Origin: an uncultured bacterium
Lineage (GTDB): Bacteria; Krumholzibacteriota; Krumholzibacteriia; JACNKJ01
NCBI GenBank assembly: GCA_963695095.1
Contig: CAVOFT010000001.1
Coordinates: forward strand, 3,392,001 to 3,456,000
Direction of reading: 5' to 3'
Length of the DNA: 64,000 nt
The notes under the pieces were generated by a model. It made no database searches, was not told the origin of the DNA, and saw only the letters and a program-made list of their open reading frames with translations. Of the stretch, positions 51,983 to 62,700 are shown piece by piece; within the stretch, counting starts at the first letter, position 1; each line of letters opens with the position of its first letter. The position numbers were made by a program, and so were the translations under genes.

Positions 51983-52873
51983 CTACCAGAGCCGCGGGCG
52001 CACGCCGGCCAGCCCATGGCGGTCCAGGCTGCGCGTGCGCTCGTCGTCGAGCTGCGCGAAGTCCCAGTTCATGCCGCGGCGGAAGGGAATGCTCTCGCCC
52101 TCGCCGCGCCGCGCGCGCAGGAGACAGCGGTCGGGCTTGTAGAAGCGCAGCTCCGCGCCTGCAAAGCCCATGTACTCGCACATGTCCTCGATGCAGAGCG
52201 CCGAGGGCTTCCACCACATGCCGCCCACGTAGCGACCGAAGTCGGCGAAGCTGCGCTTCTTGTCGTCCACGGCCGCGGTCTCGATGAGCAAGGTGGCACC
52301 GGGTTTCAGCAAGCCGCGCAGCAGGTAGAGACCCACCAGCATGTCGCTGAGGTGGTAGAGCACGCCGCTGAGCAGGATGAGGTCCAGGCTGGCCGGCGCC
52401 ACGTGCTCGCCCACGCGGTAGAGCGAACTCTGCCGGGTGCTCACGCGCGACTGGCCGAAGGTCTCGCAGAGGAATCGACATTGAGCGAGGTGTCCGGGCA
52501 GCTCGTCCACCGCCAGCACCTCGGCGCCGCGCGCGGCCATCAGCAGGCTGTGGCCGCCGGTGAAGCAACCGATGTCGGCCACGCGCAGCCCGGCGAGATC
52601 CCGCGGCCACCAGCCCCAGGCGTCGTAGAGGCCGGCGATCTCCAGGTACTGCACGCCGAGGAAGCCCTCCTTGCGGAAGGGGCCGAAGTCGATCGTCTGG
52701 CCCCAGCCGTACTGGGCCTCGCGCTCCAGTTCGGCGAGGCGCGCTTCGATTCGAGCCCGCTCCGCGGGCGCCAGGTCGGCGGGCAGGGAGAGCGGCCACG
52801 GCGCCAGCGCGCGCGGATAGCTGCCCTTGCCGAAGTGGCGGCGGATCTCCCAGGCGAACTCGGAGAGGGTCAT
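51983..52873 (-). CDS. SAM-dependent methyltransferase (DUF1698/CmoB-like)
   Basis: VADIGCFTGG, LLSGVLYHL, LLIET, WWKPS. Confidence 0.75.
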   Translation of the reverse strand: MTLSEFAWEIRRHFGKGSYPRALAPWPLSLPADLAPAERARIEARLAELEREAQYGWGQTIDFGPFRKEGFLGVQYLEIAGLYDAWGWWPRDLAGLRVADIGCFTGGHSLLMAARGAEVLAVDELPGHLAQCRFLCETFGQSRVSTRQSSLYRVGEHVAPASLDLILLSGVLYHLSDMLVGLYLLRGLLKPGATLLIETAAVDDKKRSFADFGRYVGGMWWKPSALCIEDMCEYMGFAGAELRFYKPDRCLLRARRGEGESIPFRRGMNWDFAQLDDERTRSLDRHGLAGVRPRLW

Positions 52874-52898
52874 CGGGGCTCCAGACGCGGCCTGCGCC

Positions 52899-53870
52899 CT
52901 AGTCGTCCCAGTGCAGCGGCATCAGGCGCAGGTACTCGGTGGTGTTCTCCTTGCGCTCGAAGTCCTTCCATACCCGCTCGACCTGCTCGGGCAGCAGGTC
53001 CATGGCCTTCGCCGTCTCGGCCAGCGGCACCTGCTGCTTCCAGGCGTGGTGCAGCAGGTCCATCGTCAAGAAGGGCAGGCTGTAGTAGAAGTCCTCCTGC
53101 GTGGTCTCCATCGAGTAGGTGTCGGTGGTCGGCGTGCGCTGCAGGATCTCCTCGGGCACCTTCAGCGCCCGCGCGAGCTGGTAGACCTGCGTCTTGTAGA
53201 GGTGCGCGATGGGCTTGAGGTCCGCGCCGCCGTCGCCCCACTTCACGAAGAAGCCCTGGTCGTGCTCGTTGCGCTGGCCCGTGCCCACCACCGCGTAGTT
53301 CCGCTGCTCGCCGTGGTAGTAGAGCATCAGCATGCGCACCCGCTGCTTCATGTTGCTGGCGGCGACGATCTGCAGGTACTCCTTGGGCGGGATGCGTTTG
53401 GTCTCGCGGCGGCCGTCCGGGTACTCGATGTTCATGCGGAAGATGTTGAGGCGATCCTGCACGAGGATGTTCGCCGGCAGCACGATGTTGAACTTGCACG
53501 CGGGCGTGTAGTCGGGGAAGACGCGCTTCACCGCTTCGTCCCGGCGCGGGTAGCACTTGAGGCCCGTGAGCGCCGGGGTGAGGTTTTCCAGGATCAGCTC
53601 GAAGCCGTACTGCTTGGAGAGGTCCTTCGCCAGCTCGTAGCTCACGGGGCTCGAGTCCTGCTCAGGCATCGCGACGCCCAGCACGCGCTCGGGACCCAGC
53701 GCCTTGCAGGCGAGGGCCACCACGGTGGAGCTGTCGATGCCACCGCTCACCCCGATCACCGCGCCCTGGCGGTTCAGCCGGCGGGTGATCTGGCGCTCGA
53801 CGATGCCGGCCAGCTCGGTGGCGGCCTTCTCGGCGTCCAGGGAGAGGATATCCTTGTGAAAGCGAGCCAT
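52899..53870 (-). CDS. nadE: NH3-dependent NAD+ synthetase
   Basis: GVSGGIDSS, NMKQRVR, GFFVKWGDG, PIAHLYKTQV, PTTD. Confidence 0.85.
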   Translation of the reverse strand: MARFHKDILSLDAEKAATELAGIVERQITRRLNRQGAVIGVSGGIDSSTVVALACKALGPERVLGVAMPEQDSSPVSYELAKDLSKQYGFELILENLTPALTGLKCYPRRDEAVKRVFPDYTPACKFNIVLPANILVQDRLNIFRMNIEYPDGRRETKRIPPKEYLQIVAASNMKQRVRMLMLYYHGEQRNYAVVGTGQRNEHDQGFFVKWGDGGADLKPIAHLYKTQVYQLARALKVPEEILQRTPTTDTYSMETTQEDFYYSLPFLTMDLLHHAWKQQVPLAETAKAMDLLPEQVERVWKDFERKENTTEYLRLMPLHWDD

Positions 53871-53931
53871 GAGCGTCTCCTTGCGGGGGGCGTCGGCGGG
53901 AGTGTGGGTGGGGCGCGGCCCCGGTCCTCGG

Positions 53932-55308
53932 CTAGTAGAGTCTCAGCGCGAGAAGGTGCAGGCCGCCGCGCGCGATGTCAACCTCGGCCTCGGCCTCGCC
54001 GCCCCCGCCGCGCACGCGGATCAGCTGGCGGCCGGCGGGCAGATTGAGGCGGGCGACCGCCACATGGGCCGGCAGCGTGCTCCAGGAACGCGTGTCGGCC
54101 ACCTCCGTGACGCTGCCGAAGATGTTGGTCAGGAGCCCGGCGGCCTCGCCGTGCTTCTCCTCCATCTTCTTTGTGGACCAGTACTTAAGCAAGCCGCGGG
54201 CCACCGTGCGGATGACCACGGCCGCGTAGCGGTCCTCCAGGCACTGCCGGCTGAGCGCTCCCAGGTTCGCCGCGGGCGCGAGGCTGCCCGCTCGCCCCGC
54301 GGCGATCCAGCTCAGCGCGGGCGCGGGCGGGGCCGGATCCACCGCCGGCAAGGCGATGCTGAGAATGTAGGCCAGCTGCTTGTTCCGCCCGCCCGCACGC
54401 CAGTCGCCGTAGGAATCGCTGGCGATGTGCAGCACCGCCTCCTCGTCCTTGCCCTTGGCATCGGTGAAGATGGGAAAGTCGATGCGCTCGGAGCGCTTCG
54501 CCGGCACGAGGCCCGTCTCCACGAACAGGATCAACTCGCCCTCGTCCGCCTGCGGCGGCGCGGGCGCCTCCGCGAGCTGCGGATAGGCCTCGCGGTAGCG
54601 CTGGGCCTCCTCGTGGAAGCCCAGGCGCTCGCCGCTGCGGACGAGGTCCCTCAGCAGGCAGGCGGGCGCCTCGCCGACGCCGTAGATGTCGGCCGCCTGG
54701 TAGAGCCGCGCTGCCTCGCGGTAGTTGATCCAGGCATCGTTCAGCTCGCCGTCCAGCTCGTAGAGCAGGCCGGCCACGTACTGGAGAAAGGGATCGTTGC
54801 GGTACTTGGCCTCGTCGTTGTCGGTGTCGGCCATGCGCTCGAGAGTCTCGGTGGCGGCCCGCCCCTCGACGGCCGCCGACGCCGGCGCGCCGGCTTCCAG
54901 ATAGGCCAGCGCGCGGTAGTAGTGGATCCAGGCCTGCTCGAAGAGCTCGCCGCGGTAGGACTGCATCGAGTCGTTCAGCAGCAGGCGCGCCGCCTCGCGC
55001 GAAAGGCTCCGCGTGTACAGCTCGTCGACCAGCTGCTCGGCGGCGGCAAGGCTAACCTGGCAGCCCGTGAGATCGCCACTGAGATACTGCAGCAGGCCCC
55101 GCTCCATGAGATAGGGCAGGCTGCGCTCGTCCTCGTCGTAGAGCTTGTCCAGGGAGGCCAAGGCCACGACCGGGCTCCCGCCCGCCAGCTCCGCGCGCAG
55201 CTTCCCCACCTTGTCGGCATAGGTGCTGCAGGAGAGCAGGGGCAGGACGCCCGCCAGGAGCGCGGCCAGGGCGAGCCAGGCCAGGAAGCGGATGCGAGGT
55301 CGACGCAT
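53932..55308 (-). CDS. COG3014-like lipoprotein
   Basis: Lipobox LLSC; YLMERG, YRGE..E, ADTRSWSTLP; adjacent to lpoB. Confidence 0.75.
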   Translation of the reverse strand: MRRPRIRFLAWLALAALLAGVLPLLSCSTYADKVGKLRAELAGGSPVVALASLDKLYDEDERSLPYLMERGLLQYLSGDLTGCQVSLAAAEQLVDELYTRSLSREAARLLLNDSMQSYRGELFEQAWIHYYRALAYLEAGAPASAAVEGRAATETLERMADTDNDEAKYRNDPFLQYVAGLLYELDGELNDAWINYREAARLYQAADIYGVGEAPACLLRDLVRSGERLGFHEEAQRYREAYPQLAEAPAPPQADEGELILFVETGLVPAKRSERIDFPIFTDAKGKDEEAVLHIASDSYGDWRAGGRNKQLAYILSIALPAVDPAPPAPALSWIAAGRAGSLAPAANLGALSRQCLEDRYAAVVIRTVARGLLKYWSTKKMEEKHGEAAGLLTNIFGSVTEVADTRSWSTLPAHVAVARLNLPAGRQLIRVRGGGGEAEAEVDIARGGLHLLALRLY

Positions 55309-55320
55309 GGTGTGCCGCCG

Positions 55321-55938
55321 CTAGCCCTTGTACTTGCCCTTCTGCTTCATCTTCTTGATCTTCTGATTGCCGATCCAGACTTTCTGATTCGTCTGGATCT
55401 TGATCAACTCCAGATCCGTGGAGAAGAAGAAGACTTCCTTGCCGCCGGCCGCGTCGCCCTGCTCGTTGATGGTGCCGATCAGCATGAAGTCGGCGCCGAG
55501 CTCCAGACCCATCTGCTTGATCGTCTCCGGATCGGCGTTCACGCGCTGGTCCATGCGCTCGCCGCGGATCTGATCCCGCTCGTCGGCGCTGGCCACCACG
55601 TCCACCATGCCGCTGATGATGCAGGCGCGCTCCAGGTCCTTGAGGAAGACCCCGGTGGCGATGTGCTCGCTGGTCTTGTTGCGGATGCTGCCCACGATGA
55701 CCACCGGGTTCTTGCCCTCGGCCATCGCGTGGCGATTCAGCCAGGGCGAGGCCAGGCAGTCGGCGATCATCGCCTCGGAGACCATGCGGCTGTCGGTATC
55801 GTTCCAGCCGCCCGAGAGGTCGATCGTGCTGTCCGTGTCGACACGGGTAACCTGCGTCTTGGCGCAGCCGCCCGCGAACACGGTGAGGGCTCCGCTCGTC
55901 AGCAGAACCAGAACGGGCAGGATGGAAGTGCGCTTCAT
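55321..55938 (-). CDS. lpoB: Penicillin-binding protein activator LpoB-like lipoprotein
   Basis: Lipobox AGGC; DLSGGWNDTD, NKTSEHI, GADFMLIGTI, KVWIG...IKK. Confidence 0.75.
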   Translation of the reverse strand: MKRTSILPVLVLLTSGALTVFAGGCAKTQVTRVDTDSTIDLSGGWNDTDSRMVSEAMIADCLASPWLNRHAMAEGKNPVVIVGSIRNKTSEHIATGVFLKDLERACIISGMVDVVASADERDQIRGERMDQRVNADPETIKQMGLELGADFMLIGTINEQGDAAGGKEVFFFSTDLELIKIQTNQKVWIGNQKIKKMKQKGKYKG

Positions 55939-55977
55939 GCGTTCATGCCTCCAGTCGATGGCCGCCGCGCGGCCGCT

Positions 55978-56523
55978 TCAGTCAGTGTGCCAGGGTTCTT
56001 CGTGGGCCCCCGCGCGCCGGTTCGCCCAGCGAGCGGCAACGAAGAGAAAATCCGAGAGACGATTGAGATAGACGACGACCCCCTCGGAAACGTTTAAGCC
56101 CGCGTTTGCGAGGGCCACCACCCGCCGCTCCGCCCGCCGGCAGACCGTGCGGGCGAGGTGCAGGGCGGCGCCCTGACTCGAGCCGCCGGGCAGGATGAAC
56201 TGCGTCAGCGGGGGCAGATCCTCCTCCATGCGGTCGATCCAGGCCTCGAGCTGGGCGGGGCCGCCCGCATCCAGGGGCGGCAGGGAGGCCGCCGCCGGGT
56301 CCGGGGAAGCAAGATGAGCGCCGAGGCTGAAGAGCTCCCGCTGGATCGCCCGCAGCAAGGGCGACAGCTCGCCCGCCTCGTCCAGGCCGTCGGCCAGCCC
56401 CAGCTGGGCGCTCAGCTCATCGACCGTGCCGTAGGCCTCGATGCGCGGGTCGTCCTTGCCGGTGCGCGTCCCGCCCAGAAGGCCCGTGCTGCCCTTGTCG
56501 CCGCCGCGGGTGTAGATCTTCAT
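55978..56523 (-). CDS. PduO-type ATP:cob(I)alamin adenosyltransferase
   Basis: KIYTRGGDKG, EAYGTVDEL, FILPGG, ARTVCRRAER, YLNRLSDFLF. Confidence 0.93.
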   Translation of the reverse strand: MKIYTRGGDKGSTGLLGGTRTGKDDPRIEAYGTVDELSAQLGLADGLDEAGELSPLLRAIQRELFSLGAHLASPDPAAASLPPLDAGGPAQLEAWIDRMEEDLPPLTQFILPGGSSQGAALHLARTVCRRAERRVVALANAGLNVSEGVVVYLNRLSDFLFVAARWANRRAGAHEEPWHTD

Positions 56524-56620
56524 GCCGCCCAAGATGCCGCCTGCTCACGGGATGGACAAGGGATTTCCTGGTGCCGACTTGGCCGCTGCCGCATCATCCC
56601 CCCTGCGCAGGAGGACAGCC

Positions 56621-57385
56621 ATGCCCAGCTTCCGCATCACCCCGGGGCAGCCCTTTCCGCTGGGCCGCTTCGCGGGTCTTGCCGCCCTTGCCGGCCTCGC
56701 CCACGGCGTGAGCACGCGCGGCGGCCCGGATCTGCGTCCCCCCACCGACTCGCCGGCCCACGCCGCGGCCGCCGGTGAGCTGGCCGCGGCCCTCGGCCTG
56801 GGCGCCGCCGCCTGGCTGCGGCAGGTCCACGGTCCGACCGTGGTGACGGCGCGGGGACCCGGCTGGCTGGGTGAGGGCGACGCTCTCGTCAGCGCCAGGC
56901 CGGGCCTGGCCCTGCTCGTGCGCAGCGCCGACTGCCCGCTCATCCTCGCCGCCGCCCTGGATGCGCAGGACCGGCCCGTGGCCGTGGGCGCCGCCCATGC
57001 TTCCTGGCGCAGCACGGTGGCGGGCATCGCCCCGCGCCTGCTTGCGGCCCTGTGCGCCCTCTCCGGCCAGCCGCCCTCCCGCCTGCGGGCCGCCCTCGCC
57101 CCCTCGGCCGGGCCCTGCTGCTACGAGGTGGGCCCCGAGGTGCGGGCCGCGGCCCTGGCCGCCCAGGGCGAGGCCGCCCACGCCTGGTTCCCCGAGCGGG
57201 AGGGCCGGCTGATCTTCGACCTCTGGCGCGCCAACGCAGATCAGCTCGCGGCGGCCGGCCTGGGCCCGGAGCGGCTCGAGGCGGCCGGCATCTGCACCAT
57301 CTGCGAGGACGAGCACTTCCACTCCTGGCGGCGGGAGGGAGTGGCGGCGGGGCGCTTCGCGGCCGGCATCGGCCTGCGTGTCTGA
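56621..57385 (+). CDS. pgeF: YfiH/PgeF (laccase-like, purine nucleoside phosphorylase) family protein
   Basis: QVHG, ADC, AHASWR, GPCCYEVG, CTIC, SWRR. Confidence 0.85.
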   Translation: MPSFRITPGQPFPLGRFAGLAALAGLAHGVSTRGGPDLRPPTDSPAHAAAAGELAAALGLGAAAWLRQVHGPTVVTARGPGWLGEGDALVSARPGLALLVRSADCPLILAAALDAQDRPVAVGAAHASWRSTVAGIAPRLLAALCALSGQPPSRLRAALAPSAGPCCYEVGPEVRAAALAAQGEAAHAWFPEREGRLIFDLWRANADQLAAAGLGPERLEAAGICTICEDEHFHSWRREGVAAGRFAAGIGLRV

Positions 57386-57567
57386 GCCGGGCCGGGCGCC
57401 GGCGGCCTTGCGGCATCTCCCATTTCGTCGGCCGGGGCGCAGCGGTGGGGCAAACTTGCGCCGGGCCCTTGTTTTCGCCCGCCGCATGCGCTTTCCTCGT
57501 TGCCCGAAAAGGCGAATTTCATACCTTGTCCGCGCATTGCCGCCCTTACGATCCCGGAGGTGGACTC

Positions 57568-58854
57568 ATGGCGACACCGGCTTTCAACGCCTTCGAGATG
57601 GCGCAGCGGCAGTTCGACGCCGTGGCCGAGAAGCTCGGCCTCGATGCGGCAACCCGCGAGCTGCTGCGCCAGCCCATGCGCGAGTACCACTTCAGCATCC
57701 CCATCCGCATGGACGACGGGACGGTGAAGGTCTTCCGCGGCTTCCGCGTACAGCACAACGACGCGCGCGGCCCGGCCAAGGGCGGCATCCGCTTCCACCC
57801 CCAGGAGACCATCGACACGGTGCGCGCCCTGGCCACCTGGATGACCTGGAAGTGCGCCGTGGTGGAGATTCCCCTGGGCGGCGGCAAGGGCGGCATCATC
57901 TGCGACCCGCACAACCTCTCCGAGCGCGAGCAGGAGGCCCTGGCCCGCGGCTGGGTGCGCCAGATCGCCCGCAACATCGGCCCTGTGCAGGACGTGCCGG
58001 CCCCGGACGTCATGACCAGCGCCCAGCACATGCTCTGGATGCTCGACGAGTACGAGACGATCACGGGCGGCCACTACCCCGGCATGATCACGGGCAAGCC
58101 GCTGGGGATGGGCGGCTCGCAGGGCCGCACCGAGGCCACCGGCTACGGCCTCGTCTACACCCTGCGCGAGGCGCTGCGCCGCCAGGGCGTGGACCCGGCG
58201 GACACCACCGCCAGCGTGCAGGGCTTCGGCAACGTGGCCCAGTACGCCATCGACCTCTACCAGCAGCTGGGCGGCCAGGTGATCTGCGTCTCGAGCTGGG
58301 ATCAGGCCGATCAGATCAGCTACAGCTTCCGCCGCGCGAGCGGCGTGGACCTCGCCGAGCTGAAGGGGATCAGCGACCGCTTCGGCGGCGTGGACAAGGC
58401 CAAGGCCAAGAGCCTCGGCTACGAGGTGCTGGCCGGGGACGCCTGGATCGAGCAGGCGGTGGACATCCTCATGCCCTGCGCGCTGGAGAACCAGGTGAAC
58501 GGCGAGACGGCGCCGCGCGTGCACAGCCGGGTGAAGTTCATGGCCGAGGGCGCCAACGGGCCGACGACGCCCGAGGCGGATGCCATCTTGCAGGAGAAGG
58601 GCGTCTACATCATCCCCGACTTCCTCTGCAACGCGGGCGGCGTCACCTGCAGCTACTTCGAGCAGGTGCAGTGCAACATGAACTTCTTCTGGCCCAAGAG
58701 CGAGGTACTCGAGCGCCTGGACGGCGTGATGACCCGCGCCTTCCACAAGGTGGCCGACCTCTCCGAGAAGAAGAAGCTCTGCATGCGCGACGCGGCCTAC
58801 ATGATCGCCATCCAGCGGGTGGCCGAGGCCTGCCGGGCGCGCGGCTGGGTGTAG
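57568..58854 (+). CDS. Glu/Leu/Phe/Val dehydrogenase (glutamate dehydrogenase)
   Basis: GPAKGGIRFHP, GGGKGG, DVPAPD, GRTEATG, QGFGNV, EGANGPTT, NAGGV. Confidence 0.93.
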   Translation: MATPAFNAFEMAQRQFDAVAEKLGLDAATRELLRQPMREYHFSIPIRMDDGTVKVFRGFRVQHNDARGPAKGGIRFHPQETIDTVRALATWMTWKCAVVEIPLGGGKGGIICDPHNLSEREQEALARGWVRQIARNIGPVQDVPAPDVMTSAQHMLWMLDEYETITGGHYPGMITGKPLGMGGSQGRTEATGYGLVYTLREALRRQGVDPADTTASVQGFGNVAQYAIDLYQQLGGQVICVSSWDQADQISYSFRRASGVDLAELKGISDRFGGVDKAKAKSLGYEVLAGDAWIEQAVDILMPCALENQVNGETAPRVHSRVKFMAEGANGPTTPEADAILQEKGVYIIPDFLCNAGGVTCSYFEQVQCNMNFFWPKSEVLERLDGVMTRAFHKVADLSEKKKLCMRDAAYMIAIQRVAEACRARGWV

Positions 58855-58889
58855 AGGCGGCCGGCCGCCCTCAACCGGGAGGCAGGACG

Positions 58890-59747
58890 CTGCTCTGCTT
58901 TTTCGCAACGGACCTGCACGGCAGCGTCGAGCGCTACCAGAGGCTCTTCGCGGCCACGCTCGCCGAGCGGCCGGATGCCGTCTTCCTGGGCGGCGACCTG
59001 CTGCCCCCGCCCGCGGGCTTCCGGGCGCTGCCCTTCGGCGGCGAGGACTTCATCGGCGACTATCTCGCGGCGGGCTTCCTGCGCCTGCGCGAGCAGCTTG
59101 GGCCGGCGGCGCCGGCGGTCTTCCTGATCCTCGGCAATGACGATCCCCGCGGCGCCGAGGCCGCCATTCTCGACGCGGCCGCCCGCGGCGCCTGGACCTA
59201 CCTGCACGATCGGCGGGTGCTCTGGGCCGGCCGGCCCGTGCTCGGCTACGCCTGCGTGCCGCCCACGCCCTTCCTGCTCAAGGACTGGGAGCGCTACGAC
59301 GTGTCGCGCTACGTGGACCCGGGCTGCGTCTCGCCCGAGGAGGGCCATCACAGCTTCCCCGTGCCCGCGGCGCAGATCCGGCACACGACGATCGCCCGCG
59401 AGCTGGCGGCCCTGGCGGGTGAGGCCGATCTCGGCGAGGCGATCGGGCTCTTCCACTCGCCGCCGCACGACACGGGGCTCGATCTCGCCGACCTCGCCGG
59501 GCAAGTCGTGGATCACGTGCCCGTGGATCCCCACGTGGGCAGCATCGCCCTGCGTCGCTTCATCGAGGAGCGCGGGCCGAAGGTGACCCTGCACGGACAC
59601 ATCCACGAGGCCGCGCGGCTCAGCGGCGACTGGCGGGTTCAGCTCGGCCGCACCTGGTGCTTCGGCGGCGCCCACGACGGCCCCGAGCTGGCGCTCGTGC
59701 GCTTCGATCCCGACTCCCCGGAGCAGGCCACGCGCGAGCTGCTCTAA
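58890..59747 (+). CDS. Metallophosphoesterase (calcineurin-like), probable CTG start
   Basis: TDLHG, GGDL, GNDD, HSPP, LHGHIHE; GGAGG 7 nt before CTG 58890. Confidence 0.8.
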   Translation: MLCFFATDLHGSVERYQRLFAATLAERPDAVFLGGDLLPPPAGFRALPFGGEDFIGDYLAAGFLRLREQLGPAAPAVFLILGNDDPRGAEAAILDAAARGAWTYLHDRRVLWAGRPVLGYACVPPTPFLLKDWERYDVSRYVDPGCVSPEEGHHSFPVPAAQIRHTTIARELAALAGEADLGEAIGLFHSPPHDTGLDLADLAGQVVDHVPVDPHVGSIALRRFIEERGPKVTLHGHIHEAARLSGDWRVQLGRTWCFGGAHDGPELALVRFDPDSPEQATRELL

Positions 59748-62700
59748 CCCTTTGGCTTCAGCGGCAGCTCCTGCGCGGGGTCGGTGACGGCGCCGATCTT
59801 GATCGCGAAGCTGTCCCGCCGCTCGATGTCCTGGTCCGTGACGATGTGCACGTCCAGCAGGCCGCCCGTGCGATAGCCAGTGCGCAGGTAATTCATCTCG
59901 GCCAGGCAGAGGCTCCAGCCCTCCAGCCAGTTGCGCAGCTCGCGCTCCTGGTCGGCACTGCCCCTGAAATGAACGAGCAGGTCGATGTCGCTGCAGGGCC
60001 CCGCCGTGCCGTTCTTCGTGCTGCCGAAGACGTAGCAGGCCACGACGCCGAAGCGCTCGGCGTCCATCTCGGCGGCCAGTCGCTCGGCCATGCCCTGGCG
60101 CCAGCGCCAGAACTGGTCGCTCTGGGCCGGCCGCGACTGCTCGCCGCCACTGCGGGCGGGCGCCGGCGCGCCGCCGCCGCTGAGGACGGCCACCGCTTCG
60201 TCGAGGTCCGCGTTCAGCAGTACTTGGAGCACACGGCCCCCGCTGGCCGCGCGCACGTCGATGACGCGGATCACGGCCTCCAGGTGCGCGAACTCGGGCA
60301 GCATCTCGGCCAGCAGGTTGGGCGCCCGGCCCAGGAAGCGCTCGTTGAAGAGCACGTCGCGCTCGTCGGGGTAGAGCGGCAGATAGCGAATGCGCGCCTC
60401 CACCAGATCCTGGAAGAAGTGGGTGCCGAAGCTGAGGTCGGGCACGTAGCCGCCCTTGCGCCGCGCCACCTCGATCAGCATGGCCGTGTTGTTGATGTCC
60501 GAATAGCTCACGTTCACGCCGAGGCGGATATCGCCGCGGCTGCCCCAGCGACCCGGCCCGATCAGGATGAACTGGCGCTTGGGCAGCAGCTTGTTCAGGG
60601 CGCTCACCGCGCGGCCCACGCCGACGAGATCCTCGTGCCGCGAGATGTCCGCGTACTGGCGCCCGTCCACGTAGACCAGGTGCGTGATGTCCGGCACCCA
60701 GCCATTGGACACGTGGCGATTCGCCGTGAAGATGATGTCGTCTTCGGGCAGGTCCTTGGGGATGGGCGCCGGCGCGTCCTGCGGCCCGTAGCTCTGGGGC
60801 CGGCACTGGAGCAGGTAGAAGTGCTCGCCGTCGTGGGCGAACTCGATGTCCACCGGCGTGTTCAGCCGCTGCTGCAGCACCTTGAGCATGGCCGCGATCT
60901 GGCGCAGGAAAGGCGTGTCGTCGCTGAGGCCGGCGAAGGTGACCACGAACTCGTCCTGTTCCGCGTCGCAGAGCAGGCGGGAGGCCTTGCGCAGACTGCC
61001 GGCATCCAGGAGCGAGTAGACCTGCTCGAAGCCCGGGAAGTCGCAGCCGCCGGCGGCGAGGAAGTTGCGGATGGGCAGGCTCTCGAGGGTGCGGTTCTCG
61101 AGATCGATGGCGTCCAGCTCCTTGGGCGAGTAGCGCAGCTTCTCCTCGATGGCCACGTTGACGCGTAGCGCGGGCTGGCCGGGCACCATGAGGATGGGGT
61201 AGTCGTCGCCGAGGCGGTCCACGGCTCGCGTACCCAGGCCGGGCACCATGCGGATCAGCCCGTCCTCGCGCTTGATGCGCGGCGACCAGCGGAACTCGTT
61301 GTTGCTGAAGGCCACGCCCGCGAAGGCGGGCAGGAAATACTTGCCGACACGGCGCCCCACGACTTGCTGAATGAGGATGCCCATTTCCTCGTTGAAATCG
61401 AGCAGGCTCCGCTCGCGACGGTACTCCACGGGGTCGGGCCCGAAGACCGAGGCGTAGATCTCGGCGATGGCATCCAGCAGCGCTTCCAGCCGCTCCTGGC
61501 GCGTCCCCTGGTTGGCGAGGAAGAGGCTCTTGTACTTGCCCGCGAAAGAGGTGCCCAGCCGGTCCTCGAGCAGGCTCGAGGAACGCACGATGATGGGCAC
61601 CTCGCCGAACTCGTCGATCACCGCGTGCAGGTTGCGCAGGAAGGCCGGGGGGAAGCTGGAGTTCTTGAAGAGCTGCACGATATTCGGGTACTCGCGCCGC
61701 ACCTGAGCCACATCCTTGTACTTCTGCTCGAGGACGTCGGCGAGGTCGTTGTAGTCGATGAACTCCAGCAGCCAATCCGAGACGACGTAGGCCGCCTTGG
61801 GCACGCGCAGGCCGGCGAGCAAGGGCTCCTCGGCGGCCATCGTGCTCAGGATCTTCTGTGCGAGCAGCAGGCCGGCGCTTTTGCCGCCCAGGCGGCCGCG
61901 GCTGCTCTCCGTCATCACCATGCTGCCCAGCAATCCCTGGAAGTCGGGCAGGGCGAAGAACTCCTTCGCGCACTTGATGAAATCCAGGTGCTCGGTGAGG
62001 AAGCGCCGCACCAGCGACACCTGCAGACCCTGCCGCGTGGGCTCGGCCAGAGTGCCGCCCGCCGCCGCGAACTGGGCATAGCGATGAATGGCGTCGCTCA
62101 CCTCGCCCATCGGCGAGTAGGGGTTGTTGAGCACCTTGAGGAAGGCGCTGGCCTTGTCCTCCTGCAGCCACTTCTGCATGAGGGCCAGGATCTCGGCGCC
62201 GTTGAGGTGCGCGTTGGCAAGCAGGAAGGGCGCCTCGCTGAGCAGCAACTCGGCCACCGGTCGCCGCCGCCGCTCGGGCACATTCGACTCGCCCACGCTC
62301 TCGTCGCCCTCGCCGCTGAGTTCGGCCTCGCGCAGCATCACCTGCGCCTCGGGAATTCCCAGCCAGCAGAGGTGATTGATCAGCTTGCGCGCGATGCTGA
62401 GATAGAGCCGCTGGTCGCTGAGCCGCAGCAGCTCGGCGGGGCCGCGCCAGACCTCGTCGCCGCCCGGAGCCGCCGTGGGACGCAGGCCGCCCTCGCCCGT
62501 CTCCACGCCTTCGACAACGAGCTGCGTGGCGATGCGGTCGGCGATGGAGCCGATGAGGCGCACTTCATCCTTGAGGAAGGGGCCCTCGTCGGCCGCTGGC
62601 CGCTCCTCGAGGTAATAGATCTCGACGGCCCCCACCTCCTGACCGCGCAGCGCAATCGGCGCACGCAGCACCCAGGGCGTGGGCGCGAAGTCCCGGGAGA

